Numbered from the stretch's first letter, positions 8,802 to 22,340 are shown. The stretch: 64,000 bases of DNA from Flavobacteriales bacterium (GCA_002863125.1 PKEB01000014.1:78386-142385), one strand, 5' to 3'. Numbers and translations are program-made. Notes: a model not told the origin generated them from the letters alone.

Positions 8802-10157
8802 ATGTTTTCCAACAACTTCACCTGTACAACCTTTCGCTTTCAGAAGTCCATCAGTGGCATGTTTTTGACCTTCATCTGCACGGCGCTCCTCCATGTTTCG
8901 TGCGTATCCGTGTTTGCCCAAGATGCCCCTTATCCCATGCACCTCTCAGCAGGCAGCATGCACACGGTCCAATTGCATCCCGTTGGCCAGCCCAATGCCC
9001 ATCCATTCATCCCGCTTGGGGGCGGGCGACTGACCTTGAGTTTTGATGATTTCTCACCGGAATACCGAACCCTCGAAGTGCGTTTGAAGCATTGCACATT
9101 CGATTGGTACGACTCACCGGATATGGGACCCTCCGATTTCCTTGCAGGGTTTCCGACGATTGCTTTCGAAACGATTGAAACGAGTTTCAACACCAAAACA
9201 CCGTTTACGCATTACGCAGTCACGTTTCCGAATGACATGGTCCAGTTCACCAAAAGCGGGAATTACATCGCCGAGGTCTACGACACGTCCAATCCCGACC
9301 GGGCCTTGATCCAGGAACGTTTCGTTGTCTACGAATCTCTGGTGGACATCGAAATGCGGGTGGTGCCCTCTTCCATCATTCGCACCAAGCGAACGCACCA
9401 AGAGGTGGACTTGGCCATCCTGCACAGCTCGGACCGCTACCCAATTTACGATGCTTACGATGCCTTGCAAGTGGTCTTGATGCAAAACGGCCGCTGGGAA
9501 ACGTCCATTCAAGGGATGGAGCCGCAATTTGTGCGCGGCGAAGAAGTGACGTTCAACCCTACCGGCTCCGAGTCATTCGCTGGGGGCAACACCTGGCGCT
9601 TTGCCGATTTGAAAAGCCTCCAGTTCGCCAGCCTCGGACTCCAACGCATGGTCGATGAGGGCACCCATTGGCACGCGTATTTGGATCCGGATGAACCCCG
9701 CACCTACGCCTTTCTCAAAGCGCAACAGGACTTGGATGGGCATTTTGTCGTTTCCAACGAGTTGCAAGACGACGCCACCGGCAGCGACTACGTGTGGACT
9801 CACTTCTCCCTTCAAGCCTTCGAGGAACGGCTTCAAGAGGACATATACATCTACGGTGCTTTGTCCAATTGGTCCTATCCGGAAAGCCACCGCATGATTT
9901 GGAATCCCGAGACCGGACATTACGAAGCTGCATTGCTTCTGAAACAGGGCTACTACAATTATGAATACCGGGTGCGACCGGCGCTCGATCGCGGCAAGTT
10001 GGATTACGCAAGCCTTCAAGCAGAACCATCCAACATCGCGGCCATCGAAGGATCGCATGCGTTGGCGGACACGCCGTACATGTGCCTCGTGTACTATTGG
10101 GACATGAATGGTTTCGACCGCGTCATCGGGTTTGCATCGGTCAAACCCATCAACTGA
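8802..10157 (+). CDS. DUF5103-type protein, candidate type IX secretion system plug protein
   Basis: 451 aa with a signal-like segment (MFLTFICTALLHVSCVSVFAQ; an alternative start is at 8859). The LTLSFDDFSPEYRTLEVRLKHCTFDWYDS block resembles the DUF5103 / T9SS plug first-domain family as I remember it. Confidence 0.55.
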   Translation: MFSNNFTCTTFRFQKSISGMFLTFICTALLHVSCVSVFAQDAPYPMHLSAGSMHTVQLHPVGQPNAHPFIPLGGGRLTLSFDDFSPEYRTLEVRLKHCTFDWYDSPDMGPSDFLAGFPTIAFETIETSFNTKTPFTHYAVTFPNDMVQFTKSGNYIAEVYDTSNPDRALIQERFVVYESLVDIEMRVVPSSIIRTKRTHQEVDLAILHSSDRYPIYDAYDALQVVLMQNGRWETSIQGMEPQFVRGEEVTFNPTGSESFAGGNTWRFADLKSLQFASLGLQRMVDEGTHWHAYLDPDEPRTYAFLKAQQDLDGHFVVSNELQDDATGSDYVWTHFSLQAFEERLQEDIYIYGALSNWSYPESHRMIWNPETGHYEAALLLKQGYYNYEYRVRPALDRGKLDYASLQAEPSNIAAIEGSHALADTPYMCLVYYWDMNGFDRVIGFASVKPIN

Positions 10158-10183
10158 CCGCACTGCCGCCGTACCTTCGGTCC

Positions 10184-10897
10184 GTGAAATCGCTCCGCAT
10201 ACTCATCACCGGCGGCTCCAGCGGAATTGGAGCAGCTTCCGCTCAATTGCTCGCTTCAAAAGGACACCGCGTCTTCTTGATGGCGCGAAACACCGAAGCC
10301 ATGCAACGGCTCGCCCAACAGCACCCCGATGGCGCCATCGAATGCGCGACTGTGGACGTGCGGGATCACCGTGCCGTGGCAGCCGCCGTCGAGCGCATGG
10401 TTGGGGCCTGGGGAGGCATCGACGTGTGCATTCCGAATGCCGGGCTGGGGATTTTCTCTCCGCTTGCTGAAGCGCAATTTGAAGATTGGAAAACGATGAT
10501 TGACGTCAACGTCACCGGGGTACTCGCTACCCTGCACGCCGCTTTACCGTCCTTGGTCACGAACAAAGGCCACGTCATCCAAATTGGCTCCATCGCTGCG
10601 CGCAATGTCTTCCCAAACAGCGGGGTTTACTGCGCCACCAAGCACGCCGTGCTTGCCCTCAGTGAATCGCTGCGCATGGAGTTTCGGGAAGACCTCGCGG
10701 TCACGACCATCAACCCAGGCGCGGTGAATACGGCCTTCATCGACCAAACCAACAACGCCGAACTCCGCGAGTCGTACCGGCCGCAATTTGAAGCGGGCAT
10801 GGACGCCGGGTTCATTGCCGAAGCCATTGCACAGGCCATCGAATCCGCTGGGCGCGGGGTGTACAGCGAAATCACCGTTCGTCCCGACCGCCGATGA
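10184..10897 (+). CDS. SDR-family short-chain oxidoreductase
   Basis: Cofactor motif TGGSSGIGAA, NAG, and the catalytic Y-x3-K (YCATKHA). I place the start at GTG 10184, after the upstream stop; the track start at 10082 overlaps the previous gene. Confidence 0.85.
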   Translation: MKSLRILITGGSSGIGAASAQLLASKGHRVFLMARNTEAMQRLAQQHPDGAIECATVDVRDHRAVAAAVERMVGAWGGIDVCIPNAGLGIFSPLAEAQFEDWKTMIDVNVTGVLATLHAALPSLVTNKGHVIQIGSIAARNVFPNSGVYCATKHAVLALSESLRMEFREDLAVTTINPGAVNTAFIDQTNNAELRESYRPQFEAGMDAGFIAEAIAQAIESAGRGVYSEITVRPDRR

Positions 10898-11976
10898 GAA
10901 TCGCCTTCCTTTCCAGTTCAACGGGTTGGGGTGGGTTGGAACGCAACCTCATCCGGTACGCCCAATGGATGGTGGAGTGTGGACACGAAGTGGAGGTCAA
11001 TTGCGTGCAAGGCTCGCCGCTCGCGGAGTCGGCTTCCGCCACAACACTGAACATTCGGCACATACCCCGGCAACACCGGCATCTCCCATTTGCCGCGGCA
11101 AGGAGGCTTAGGCGACACTTGGAGCACACCCAAACAGACATCGTGTGGATCCGCGACCCACGGGACCTGCCATTGTGCAGCCGCGCAATCCGCAACAGCG
11201 GCGCCGACCTCGTGTTCCACCAAGGAATGCAGATTTCGCAGCCCAAAACAAAACCCTGGCATCGGGTGCGGTATAAGCACGTTTCGCGTTGGATTGCACC
11301 CCTGCACCACTTGCGGGATGAAGCGCTGGCAAACACACCGCTCCGACCGGAACAAGTCGAGGTCATCCCGCTCGCACTTGAGGCCAACTGGTTTTCAACT
11401 CCCAAATCCCCTGAGGCCAGGGCGATGTGGAGCCTCCCTGCAGACGCCAAAATCGTCGGCCTCTTTGGACGCATCGATCCATTGAAAGGCCACGGCACAT
11501 TGATTCGGGCCTTGGCCGAAGCCGCCCCGGAATGGCATGCATTGATCATCGGAGAAAACACCCCCAACGCCGGCCAAGACTACCGCACTGAATGCCAAAA
11601 ATTGGCTGAATCGCTGGGGGTCACTGGCCGTGTGCATTGGCACCCGCCGACCGAAGAGCTCCTCTCGGCCTACGACGCTTGCGACGCTTACGCCATGTGC
11701 AGCACCTCCGAAACGTTCGGCATGGTGACGATTGAGGCCCTTGCTCGCAGCGTTCCTGTGGTGGGAACGGAAGCAGGCGGAACCCCGGAATTGCTCGGGC
11801 ACGGCACCCACGGAACCCTATTCAAACCGGGCGATTGGGAGGCGCTTGGCGACGCCTTGCAACGCCTCGATGCGCTTCCGATGGCCGGTGAAGCACACGT
11901 CCAGCATTTCACCAAGGAGCACGCCTTGAAACGGTGGTCGAAAACCCTGGCGGCAATTCGCGCTTCTGCATCGTAA
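10894..11976 (+). CDS. glycosyltransferase, GT4 family
   Basis: 360 aa. C-terminal GT4 signature (ETFGMVTIEALARSVPVVGTEAGGTPELL). ATGA overlap with the SDR stop. Confidence 0.85.
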   Translation: MRIAFLSSSTGWGGLERNLIRYAQWMVECGHEVEVNCVQGSPLAESASATTLNIRHIPRQHRHLPFAAARRLRRHLEHTQTDIVWIRDPRDLPLCSRAIRNSGADLVFHQGMQISQPKTKPWHRVRYKHVSRWIAPLHHLRDEALANTPLRPEQVEVIPLALEANWFSTPKSPEARAMWSLPADAKIVGLFGRIDPLKGHGTLIRALAEAAPEWHALIIGENTPNAGQDYRTECQKLAESLGVTGRVHWHPPTEELLSAYDACDAYAMCSTSETFGMVTIEALARSVPVVGTEAGGTPELLGHGTHGTLFKPGDWEALGDALQRLDALPMAGEAHVQHFTKEHALKRWSKTLAAIRASAS

Positions 11977-11988
11977 ATTCGCGCCTCC

Positions 11989-13590
11989 ATGGGCGCAATT
12001 CAAGACGAGATTCAGCGGCGAAGGACCTTCGCCATCATCAGCCACCCGGATGCCGGAAAGACCACCTTGACCGAAAAGTTCTTGCTGTTCGGTGGGGCGA
12101 TTCAAACGGCCGGCGCGGTGAAGAACAACAAGATCACCAAAACCGCCGCGTCGGATTTTATGGAAATCGAGCGCCAACGTGGGATTTCGGTAGCGACCTC
12201 GGTCATGGCCTTCCATTACCAGGACCGCCTCATCAACCTCTTGGACACGCCCGGTCACAAGGATTTCGCTGAAGACACGTACCGCACGCTGACCGCTGTG
12301 GACAGCGTCATCCTCGTCGTGGATTGTGTGAAAGGTGTAGAGGCCCAGACCGAGCGTTTGATGGAGGTGTGCCGCATGCGCAACACGCCCGTCATCATTT
12401 TCATCAACAAGATGGACCTCGAAGGGCAAGACCCGTTTGACCTGCTGGATGAACTCGAGGAAAAACTGCAAATCCAAGTGCGCCCCTTGAGCTGGCCCAT
12501 CAGCGGCGGCCATTCCTTCAAAGGCGTATACAGCCTGTACGAAAAAGAGCTGCGCTTGTTCAATCCGGACAAAACCAAAATCGCTAAAGAAGTGGTGTCC
12601 ATCGCCGACATCGCTGACCCCGACTTGGATGAATTGGTGACCTCCGAGCATGCCGATCAGTTGCGCAACGATGTGGAACTGATTGAAGGCGTATACGAAC
12701 CCTGGGATGCAGCGCCCTACCTCGAAGGACAACTGGCTCCGGTGTTCTTTGGCAGCGCCGTCAACAATTTTGGCATCCAGGAGATGCTCGATACGTTCAT
12801 CGACATTGCGCCTGATCCCCGTCCGCGTTCAACGGACGTTCGCGAGGTGGCACCTACAGAACCGCAGTTCACCGGGTTCATTTTCAAGATTCACGCCAAC
12901 ATCGACCCCCGGCACCGCGACCGCATCGCGTTCATGCGAATCTGCAGCGGGAAGTTCCAGCGCAACACGTTTTACCAGCACACCCGCCTCGACAAGAAGA
13001 TGAAGTTCGCCAATCCAGCCACCTTCCTCGCCCAGGACAAAAACGTCGTGGATGAAGCGTGGCCAGGCGACGTTGTGGGGCTGTACGACACGGGCACCTT
13101 CAAGATCGGCGACACCCTCACCGAAGGCGAAGACATGGTGTTTCGCGGCATCCCCAGCTTCTCGCCGGAGATTTTCAAGGAGCTGGTCAACAAAGATCCG
13201 ATGAAGAGCAAGCAGCTGGAAAAGGGCATCCAGCAATTGACCGACGAAGGGGTTGCGCAGCTGTTCATTCGGTCGCTCGGCAACCGCAAGATTGTGGGCA
13301 CCGTGGGTGAACTTCAGTTTGAAGTCATTCAGTACCGATTGGAGCACGAGTACGGAGCCAAGTGCGAATTCCAATCCAAACCACACTACAAAGCGTGTTG
13401 GATCGTTAGTGAGAACGAAGCGAAGCTGGAGGAATTCAAACGCATCAAGGGAACGGACATGGTCACGGACAAAGACGGCAACGACGTCTTCCTCGCGCCG
13501 TCGAAGTTTTTACTCGATATGGAAATTCAGAATTACCCTGAACTGGAATTTCACTTTACTTCTGAATTCAAAACTGCGCAGGCATCGTAA
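11989..13590 (+). CDS. prfC: peptide chain release factor 3
   Basis: 533 aa. GTPase G1 motif [21 protein letters not shown], and RF3-like sequence throughout. Confidence 0.95.
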   Translation: MGAIQDEIQRRRTFAIISHPDAGKTTLTEKFLLFGGAIQTAGAVKNNKITKTAASDFMEIERQRGISVATSVMAFHYQDRLINLLDTPGHKDFAEDTYRTLTAVDSVILVVDCVKGVEAQTERLMEVCRMRNTPVIIFINKMDLEGQDPFDLLDELEEKLQIQVRPLSWPISGGHSFKGVYSLYEKELRLFNPDKTKIAKEVVSIADIADPDLDELVTSEHADQLRNDVELIEGVYEPWDAAPYLEGQLAPVFFGSAVNNFGIQEMLDTFIDIAPDPRPRSTDVREVAPTEPQFTGFIFKIHANIDPRHRDRIAFMRICSGKFQRNTFYQHTRLDKKMKFANPATFLAQDKNVVDEAWPGDVVGLYDTGTFKIGDTLTEGEDMVFRGIPSFSPEIFKELVNKDPMKSKQLEKGIQQLTDEGVAQLFIRSLGNRKIVGTVGELQFEVIQYRLEHEYGAKCEFQSKPHYKACWIVSENEAKLEEFKRIKGTDMVTDKDGNDVFLAPSKFLLDMEIQNYPELEFHFTSEFKTAQAS

Positions 13591-13600
13591 TTTGCTCCTC

Positions 13601-14239
13601 ATGAAGTGGTTCACCGCCATCGGCCTGGTTCTTATCACCGTCCTGCACGTCACGGCTCAGGACAGCACGAACGTTGTTCCGGATGTCGAGGTGGTCCAAA
13701 TCAGCGGCATGGTGGTGACCGGCGACTCCTTAGCTCCCTTGGCCTATGCCACGGTTTTTCGCTCGCGGGACCTGCGCGGCACGATGACCGATGTGAACGG
13801 GTTCTTCAGCATCCCGGCATTGGCTGGCGACACGATCACCGTTTCATCCGTGGGCTACTTGACCCAGGCGTTTGAAGTACCAAGGGATTTGGAATTGCCC
13901 CGGATGAATGTGGTCCAACCGCTGGGCCGGGACACGGTTTCGCTCGAAGAAGCTTTCATCTACCCGTGGCCAACGCGCGAGCGGTTCCGCGAGGAGTTTT
14001 TGCAACTTCAACTCTCGCCGGATGCCTACATGGTCGGTCAAGAACGGCTCGATCCTGCGGCGTTGTACGATCGGTTGATGGAAGTCGGACGCGACGGCGA
14101 AGAAGTTTATAGCTACACCGTTCAACAGCAAGCGCAACAGAATTATTACGCTGGGCAACTGCCCCCGATGAACATTTTCAATCCCGTCGCTTGGGCAAAA
14201 TTCATCGACGCGGTGCGAAACGGTTCCCTGAAGCGATGA
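13601..14239 (+). CDS. carboxypeptidase-regulatory-like domain protein (secreted)
   Basis: ATG at 13601 gives a signal peptide (MKWFTAIGLVLITVLHVTAQ) followed by a CarboxypepD_reg-type segment (ISGMVVTGDSLAPLAYATVF...TDVNGFFSIPALAGDTITVSSVGY). The track start at 13253 lies inside prfC. Confidence 0.7.
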   Translation: MKWFTAIGLVLITVLHVTAQDSTNVVPDVEVVQISGMVVTGDSLAPLAYATVFRSRDLRGTMTDVNGFFSIPALAGDTITVSSVGYLTQAFEVPRDLELPRMNVVQPLGRDTVSLEEAFIYPWPTRERFREEFLQLQLSPDAYMVGQERLDPAALYDRLMEVGRDGEEVYSYTVQQQAQQNYYAGQLPPMNIFNPVAWAKFIDAVRNGSLKR

Positions 14240-16812
14240 AGTGGATGACACGCAGCCTGGTCCTTCTCGCCGCGTGGTGCTTCCTGCTCGGTGGGATGTG
14301 TACAGCGGAATTGCACGCTCAGGGCGATCCCATCACCATCCAAGGCACCGTCACCAATGGACGCGGAGCGGCTTTGCCCGGGGCGACCATCATCCCACTC
14401 GAACAGCAGCGAGCCGCCGTGGTCACCGACAACGATGGCTCATACACCCTGGAACTGCGGCAAGGCACCGCGTGGACTTTGCGTTTCGGTTTTGTCGGGT
14501 ACACCTCACAAGAGCGCACGGTTCCCGCCTCGGCCACCGGCATCCAACGCCTCGACGTGCGGCTGACAGCCGGTGTGGCGCTCAACGCTTCAGAGGTGGT
14601 CGCCGATGGCGAGCGCACCAAGCCCGTGCAGCGCATCAACCCCAAAGTCGCGGCGCGCATTCCCTCTCCCCGCGGCACCATTGAAGACCTGCTCATTCAA
14701 GCTCCGGTCAATTTCACGAGCGAGCTGTCCAGCGGGTACAACGTGCGTGGAGGAAGTTTTGACGAGAACCTCGTCTACGTCAATGACATCGAAGTGTACC
14801 GTCCGTTCCTCGTTCGCTCGGGGCAGCAGGAAGGCCTCTCCTTCCCCAACCCGGACATGGTGGAATCGATTGAGTTTTCTGCCGGTGGATTCGAAGCAAA
14901 GTATGGGGACAAAATGAGTTCGGTCCTCGACATTCGCTACCGCAAACCCAATGCCTCCAAGACGCGCATCACGGCTAGTATGCTCGGTGCGCAACTCCAG
15001 CGGGATTGGGCAAGCGCAGCAGGACCGAATGGGCACAAAAAATTCACGTTGAACACCGGAATCCGTTACCGGGACAACAGCTACGTGCTCGGAACCCTCG
15101 ACGAAGGCGGCGAGTACCAACCCCGCTACGTCGATGTCCAAGGGTATGCCACATGGGACCCCGACGGGTACGGCCCTTGGGAATTTGAAGCCCTCGGCAT
15201 CTACGGTCAAAACCAATACCGCTTTTTACCGGTTCGCCGCGAATCCAACGTGGGCAACATCAACGAGGCCCTGCGCCTGACCATTTACTTCGACGGTCAA
15301 GAAAAGACGGCCTACCAAACCGGATTTGGGGCCTTCGGTGCGAATTACAAAACAGAAAATCATCGCATCCGGTGGATCACGTCGGCCTTCCAGACCGCCG
15401 AGTCCGAGACGTTTGATATCCTCGGTGCGTATTGGCTCGATGAATTGGAACGCGACCTCGGCTCAGACGAACTCGGTGAAGCCGCCATCAACCGCGGCGT
15501 AGGTGCCTTCCTGAACCACGCCCGCAACCGCTTGTACGCGACAGTGGTAAGCAGCGCCCTCAAAGGGTCAACGGCGTGGGGACAGGACAAGGGATTTTTG
15601 GAATGGGGCGTCAAATGGCAGGCCGAAAGCATCGAAGACCACCTTTCCGAATGGTCATTGGTGGACTCGGCCGGATTCATCACCCCCCACCCCCAAGACA
15701 GCATCGGTTACATCGATGAAGGACCGGAACAGGTCATTGAATTGGATGATGTAATCCGAGCGACCAACCGGGTCGAAACCCAACGCGTGCAGGCGTACGT
15801 TCAAAACGCATGGCGCTGGACGGATGCCCGCCAAGGCGAATGGGAAATCAACGCCGGATTGCGCGGCCACCTCTGGGCGCCCGAATTCAGCGACACGGTG
15901 TACACCTCGCTGGTCGGCGGACCCCGCGGCCACGTGAGTTACACTCCGAAAGAGCCGGAGGGCCGTCCCTCCACGGTCTACAATTTCGCCGCTGGCGTGT
16001 ACTGGCAGCCCCCGTTCTACCGGGAAATGCGCCGCTTCGATGGCACCGTCAACGCAGCGGTCAAGGCCCAACGCGCGACGCATTTCGTCCTGGGGATGGA
16101 CCGCATTTTTGAGATGTACGGCCGCCCATTCAAAATGGTGGGTGAACTCTACTACAAGGACCTGGACTTCCTCATTCCCTATGAAATCGAAAACGTTCGC
16201 CAGCGCTACTACGCACGCAACAACAGCTCCGGTTACGCTGCGGGAGCTGACTTCATGTTGAATGGTGAATTCATCGATGGGATCCAAAGTTGGTTTCGCA
16301 TGTCCGTCATGAAAACCGAGGAGGACCTCAACGACGATGCTTACTGGCAGTTCTACAACAGCCAAGGTCGACCCATCATTCAAGGCTACACGCTGGACAA
16401 CACCCCGACGGACAGCGCACTCATCGTTCCGGGATTCATCCCCCGGCAGACCGACCAACGGTTCAACATGAGCCTGCTCTTTCAAGACGAAATGCCTGGC
16501 AACGAGGCTTACAAGGTGCTTGTCAGCCTCTACTTTGGAACCGGCCTCCCCTTCGGACCGCCTTCTTTTGAGCGCTACAAAGACATCCTGCGCACGCCAA
16601 CGTACCGCCGCGTCGACATTGGATTTTCCCGGGAACTCTTCATGAATCAGGAGGCCAAAAATGGATTCATCTCCTTGGAAATCTTCAACATCCTCGGCAT
16701 CCGCAATACGATCAACCACACCTGGATTGAGGACGTAAACGGCCGGCTGTACGCCATTCCGAATTACCTGACCAACCGGAGGGTGAATTTGAAAGTCGGA
16801 TTGAACTTCTAA
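14236..16812 (+). CDS. TonB-dependent outer-membrane receptor with N-terminal carboxypeptidase-regulatory-like domain
   Basis: Signal peptide, CarboxypepD_reg segment (ITIQGTVTNGRGAALPGATI), plug-like region (YNVRGGSFDENLVYVNDIEVY), a long beta-barrel region, and a C-terminal aromatic residue (...KVGLNF). ATGA overlap with the upstream gene. Confidence 0.85.
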   Translation: MKWMTRSLVLLAAWCFLLGGMCTAELHAQGDPITIQGTVTNGRGAALPGATIIPLEQQRAAVVTDNDGSYTLELRQGTAWTLRFGFVGYTSQERTVPASATGIQRLDVRLTAGVALNASEVVADGERTKPVQRINPKVAARIPSPRGTIEDLLIQAPVNFTSELSSGYNVRGGSFDENLVYVNDIEVYRPFLVRSGQQEGLSFPNPDMVESIEFSAGGFEAKYGDKMSSVLDIRYRKPNASKTRITASMLGAQLQRDWASAAGPNGHKKFTLNTGIRYRDNSYVLGTLDEGGEYQPRYVDVQGYATWDPDGYGPWEFEALGIYGQNQYRFLPVRRESNVGNINEALRLTIYFDGQEKTAYQTGFGAFGANYKTENHRIRWITSAFQTAESETFDILGAYWLDELERDLGSDELGEAAINRGVGAFLNHARNRLYATVVSSALKGSTAWGQDKGFLEWGVKWQAESIEDHLSEWSLVDSAGFITPHPQDSIGYIDEGPEQVIELDDVIRATNRVETQRVQAYVQNAWRWTDARQGEWEINAGLRGHLWAPEFSDTVYTSLVGGPRGHVSYTPKEPEGRPSTVYNFAAGVYWQPPFYREMRRFDGTVNAAVKAQRATHFVLGMDRIFEMYGRPFKMVGELYYKDLDFLIPYEIENVRQRYYARNNSSGYAAGADFMLNGEFIDGIQSWFRMSVMKTEEDLNDDAYWQFYNSQGRPIIQGYTLDNTPTDSALIVPGFIPRQTDQRFNMSLLFQDEMPGNEAYKVLVSLYFGTGLPFGPPSFERYKDILRTPTYRRVDIGFSRELFMNQEAKNGFISLEIFNILGIRNTINHTWIEDVNGRLYAIPNYLTNRRVNLKVGLNF

Positions 16813-16821
16813 CTTAGTGGC

Positions 16822-18831
16822 ATGCCGCGGCACTCTTTTCTTGCATCCACATTGCTCGGACTCGTTCTGACGGGTTCGATGATGGCCTGGGGCGAATTGG
16901 CCGCACAATCCTACTTCTTGAACGGCACCGCTCAATCGCTGGGTGGCGATTGCTATCAATTGACCACCACGCAAGGCAACCAAAACGGCACGGTGTGGTA
17001 TTCGGATCTCATCGACCTGTCGCAACCGTTTGACTTGAATTTTACCATGAACTTTGGCACGTTCGATGCGACCGGGGCCGACGGAATGGTATTCGTTCTT
17101 CAAGACGTCGGAACAAATGCCCTCGGGCAAACCGGCGGCGCGTTGGGATTCAGCGGCTTCAACCCGAGCTTCGGCATTGAATTCGACACGTGGCAGAACG
17201 GCCAATACGGGGACCTCATCCAAGACCACATCGGCTTCGTTTCGGACGGTTCTGTCGATCACAACCCGCCAACGGGACTCGGTGGACCGGTCACGGCCAA
17301 CGCAAACGGCGGCAACATCGAAGACGGTGAAGAGCACCCGGTGCGCATTACCTGGGATCCCAACACGCAAATCATTGCCGTGTACTTCGACTGTGAGTTG
17401 CGACTCGCGAATGAAGTGGACCTCGTGAACACCATTTTCTCGGGCCAGGAATTCGTCTACTGGGGATTCACCGGCTCGACGGGCGGTTCATTCAACAACC
17501 AAAGCGTCTGCCTCGCACCCAACATCCTCGCCACGGGTCCCGAAACGTGGATTTGTCCAGGGGGATCGGTCGAATTGAACGTCATCGGCGCGCCCAACAG
17601 TGACTACAGCTGGGAGCCCGCCACGTTTTTATCCGATTCCACCGGGGCAACGGTCATTTGCACACCGGATTCCAGCATGACCTATGTGGTCACCTACGAG
17701 GGATTTTGCGAAGCTCAGATCAGCGACACCATTCACGTCGAGGTGGCGGAATTGGAGGGCGCCGCCAGTGCCACTCCGTCCACGATCCTCACCTGCCTCG
17801 TTGAATCCATTGAACTCGAAGGGTCGAGCAATTTCCCCAATGGCATTGACTTCCTGTGGGAAACGATGGACGGAAACATCGTGTCTGCGCTGGGTCCCAA
17901 TGCCACGGTTGACGAAGCGGGATTGTACTCACTGAGCGTGAGCAATGCCGACGGCAGCTGCACCGACAATGTGCAAATTGAAGTCACCGAGGATGTCGAA
18001 ACCTTGGACAATGTGCTGTCGCCGAGTGCGGGGGCGTTCACCTGTTCCGTGGATTCCATCGTGTTGAGTGCTGAGGCCGATGCCGGTGCAGAATTCGATT
18101 GGTCGGTACCCGCTGGCGCAGAATTTGACTGGGTCGATGAGCCTTTTACCATCCTGGTCCAAAACCCGGGAACTTGGGAACTCACCACAACCAATCCCGC
18201 CAACGGCTGCCCAAGCACTTCGGTGATCGAGCTCGGCAGTGACTTCACCCTTCCCGAAGTCTTCGCCGGAACCGCGGACACCTTGACCTGTGCGGCGCCC
18301 ACGGCAGTGGTTGAAGGGGTCACGGTTGGCCCCGATGGCTACACCCCCTTGTTGGAATGGAATTGGGACAACGGTGCGATGAACCCCTTCTTGCCATGGT
18401 CGGCCGAAGCCCCGCAGGTACTCCTGCCCGGCACCTACTACCTCACGGTGACGTTTGAAGAAAATGGATGCACCAGCGCGGATTCGCTGGTGGTCTACCA
18501 AGACCCTGAAGCCACCGTTGATGCGAGTTCCGCACAGCTCCCCAATGTCATCACGCCCAACCAAGACGGAATGAACGAGCGCCTCACGCTGTACTTGGCG
18601 GACAATCCGGATTTCCCATTGCTGTCCATCGTTGAGCGGTACGACTTGGTCATTTTCAACCGCTGGGGCGGCGAGGTGTACCGCACCACAGGAGCCCCCG
18701 TGGGATGGGACGGACGCATCCAAAACGAACCGGTCGCCGAAGGCACGTATTACTACCGATTGAACTACCTCATCGTTTGCGGAGAGGAGCAGCGGGGAGA
18801 GCTATTCGGCGCCTTCGAAGTGTTGCGTTGA
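16822..18831 (+). CDS. L-type (legume-like) lectin domain protein with T9SS type B C-terminal sorting domain
   Basis: N-terminal lectin motifs (ADGMVFVLQD, GGALGFSG, GIEFDTWQN, DHIGFVSDGS, WGFTGSTGGSFNNQ). The C-terminus resembles the gliding-motility / CHU_C sorting domain (LPNVITPNQDGMNERL...FNRWGGEVY...GTYYYRL). Confidence 0.85.
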   Translation: MPRHSFLASTLLGLVLTGSMMAWGELAAQSYFLNGTAQSLGGDCYQLTTTQGNQNGTVWYSDLIDLSQPFDLNFTMNFGTFDATGADGMVFVLQDVGTNALGQTGGALGFSGFNPSFGIEFDTWQNGQYGDLIQDHIGFVSDGSVDHNPPTGLGGPVTANANGGNIEDGEEHPVRITWDPNTQIIAVYFDCELRLANEVDLVNTIFSGQEFVYWGFTGSTGGSFNNQSVCLAPNILATGPETWICPGGSVELNVIGAPNSDYSWEPATFLSDSTGATVICTPDSSMTYVVTYEGFCEAQISDTIHVEVAELEGAASATPSTILTCLVESIELEGSSNFPNGIDFLWETMDGNIVSALGPNATVDEAGLYSLSVSNADGSCTDNVQIEVTEDVETLDNVLSPSAGAFTCSVDSIVLSAEADAGAEFDWSVPAGAEFDWVDEPFTILVQNPGTWELTTTNPANGCPSTSVIELGSDFTLPEVFAGTADTLTCAAPTAVVEGVTVGPDGYTPLLEWNWDNGAMNPFLPWSAEAPQVLLPGTYYLTVTFEENGCTSADSLVVYQDPEATVDASSAQLPNVITPNQDGMNERLTLYLADNPDFPLLSIVERYDLVIFNRWGGEVYRTTGAPVGWDGRIQNEPVAEGTYYYRLNYLIVCGEEQRGELFGAFEVLR

Positions 18832-18842
18832 AGCACCCTCGG

Positions 18843-22207
<3,365 letters not shown>

Positions 22208-22340
22208 TTAAAGGTAAAAATGCGCTGTGCACAGGCCGCTTCAAAATGCCCGCAATCCACTATAATTAATCCACAATTCCCTCGGAAAACCCACCCTTGA
22301 GCATACGCCATGTGCACGTGTGCGGCATTTACTTTACACC

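Noticed and set aside
15655-17370. 571-aa minus-strand ORF spanning the end of the TonB-dependent receptor gene and the start of the lectin gene
   Set aside because: It is antisense to two genes with strong family signatures. Its composition (V/R/G/A/D/E-rich with no hydrophobic-core periodicity or motifs) is typical of stop-depleted antisense frames in GC-rich coding DNA. It also crosses an intergenic gap without any feature of its own.
18085-18132. Imperfect direct repeat with 30-nt spacing (GGTGCAGAATTCGATTGG / GGCGCAGAATTTGACTGG) as a possible tandem-repeat or phase-variation element
   Set aside because: It is in frame inside the lectin/T9SS gene and simply encodes a duplicated GAEFDW peptide within a repeat-module protein. 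With only two diverged copies it is unlikely to be a slippage tract.
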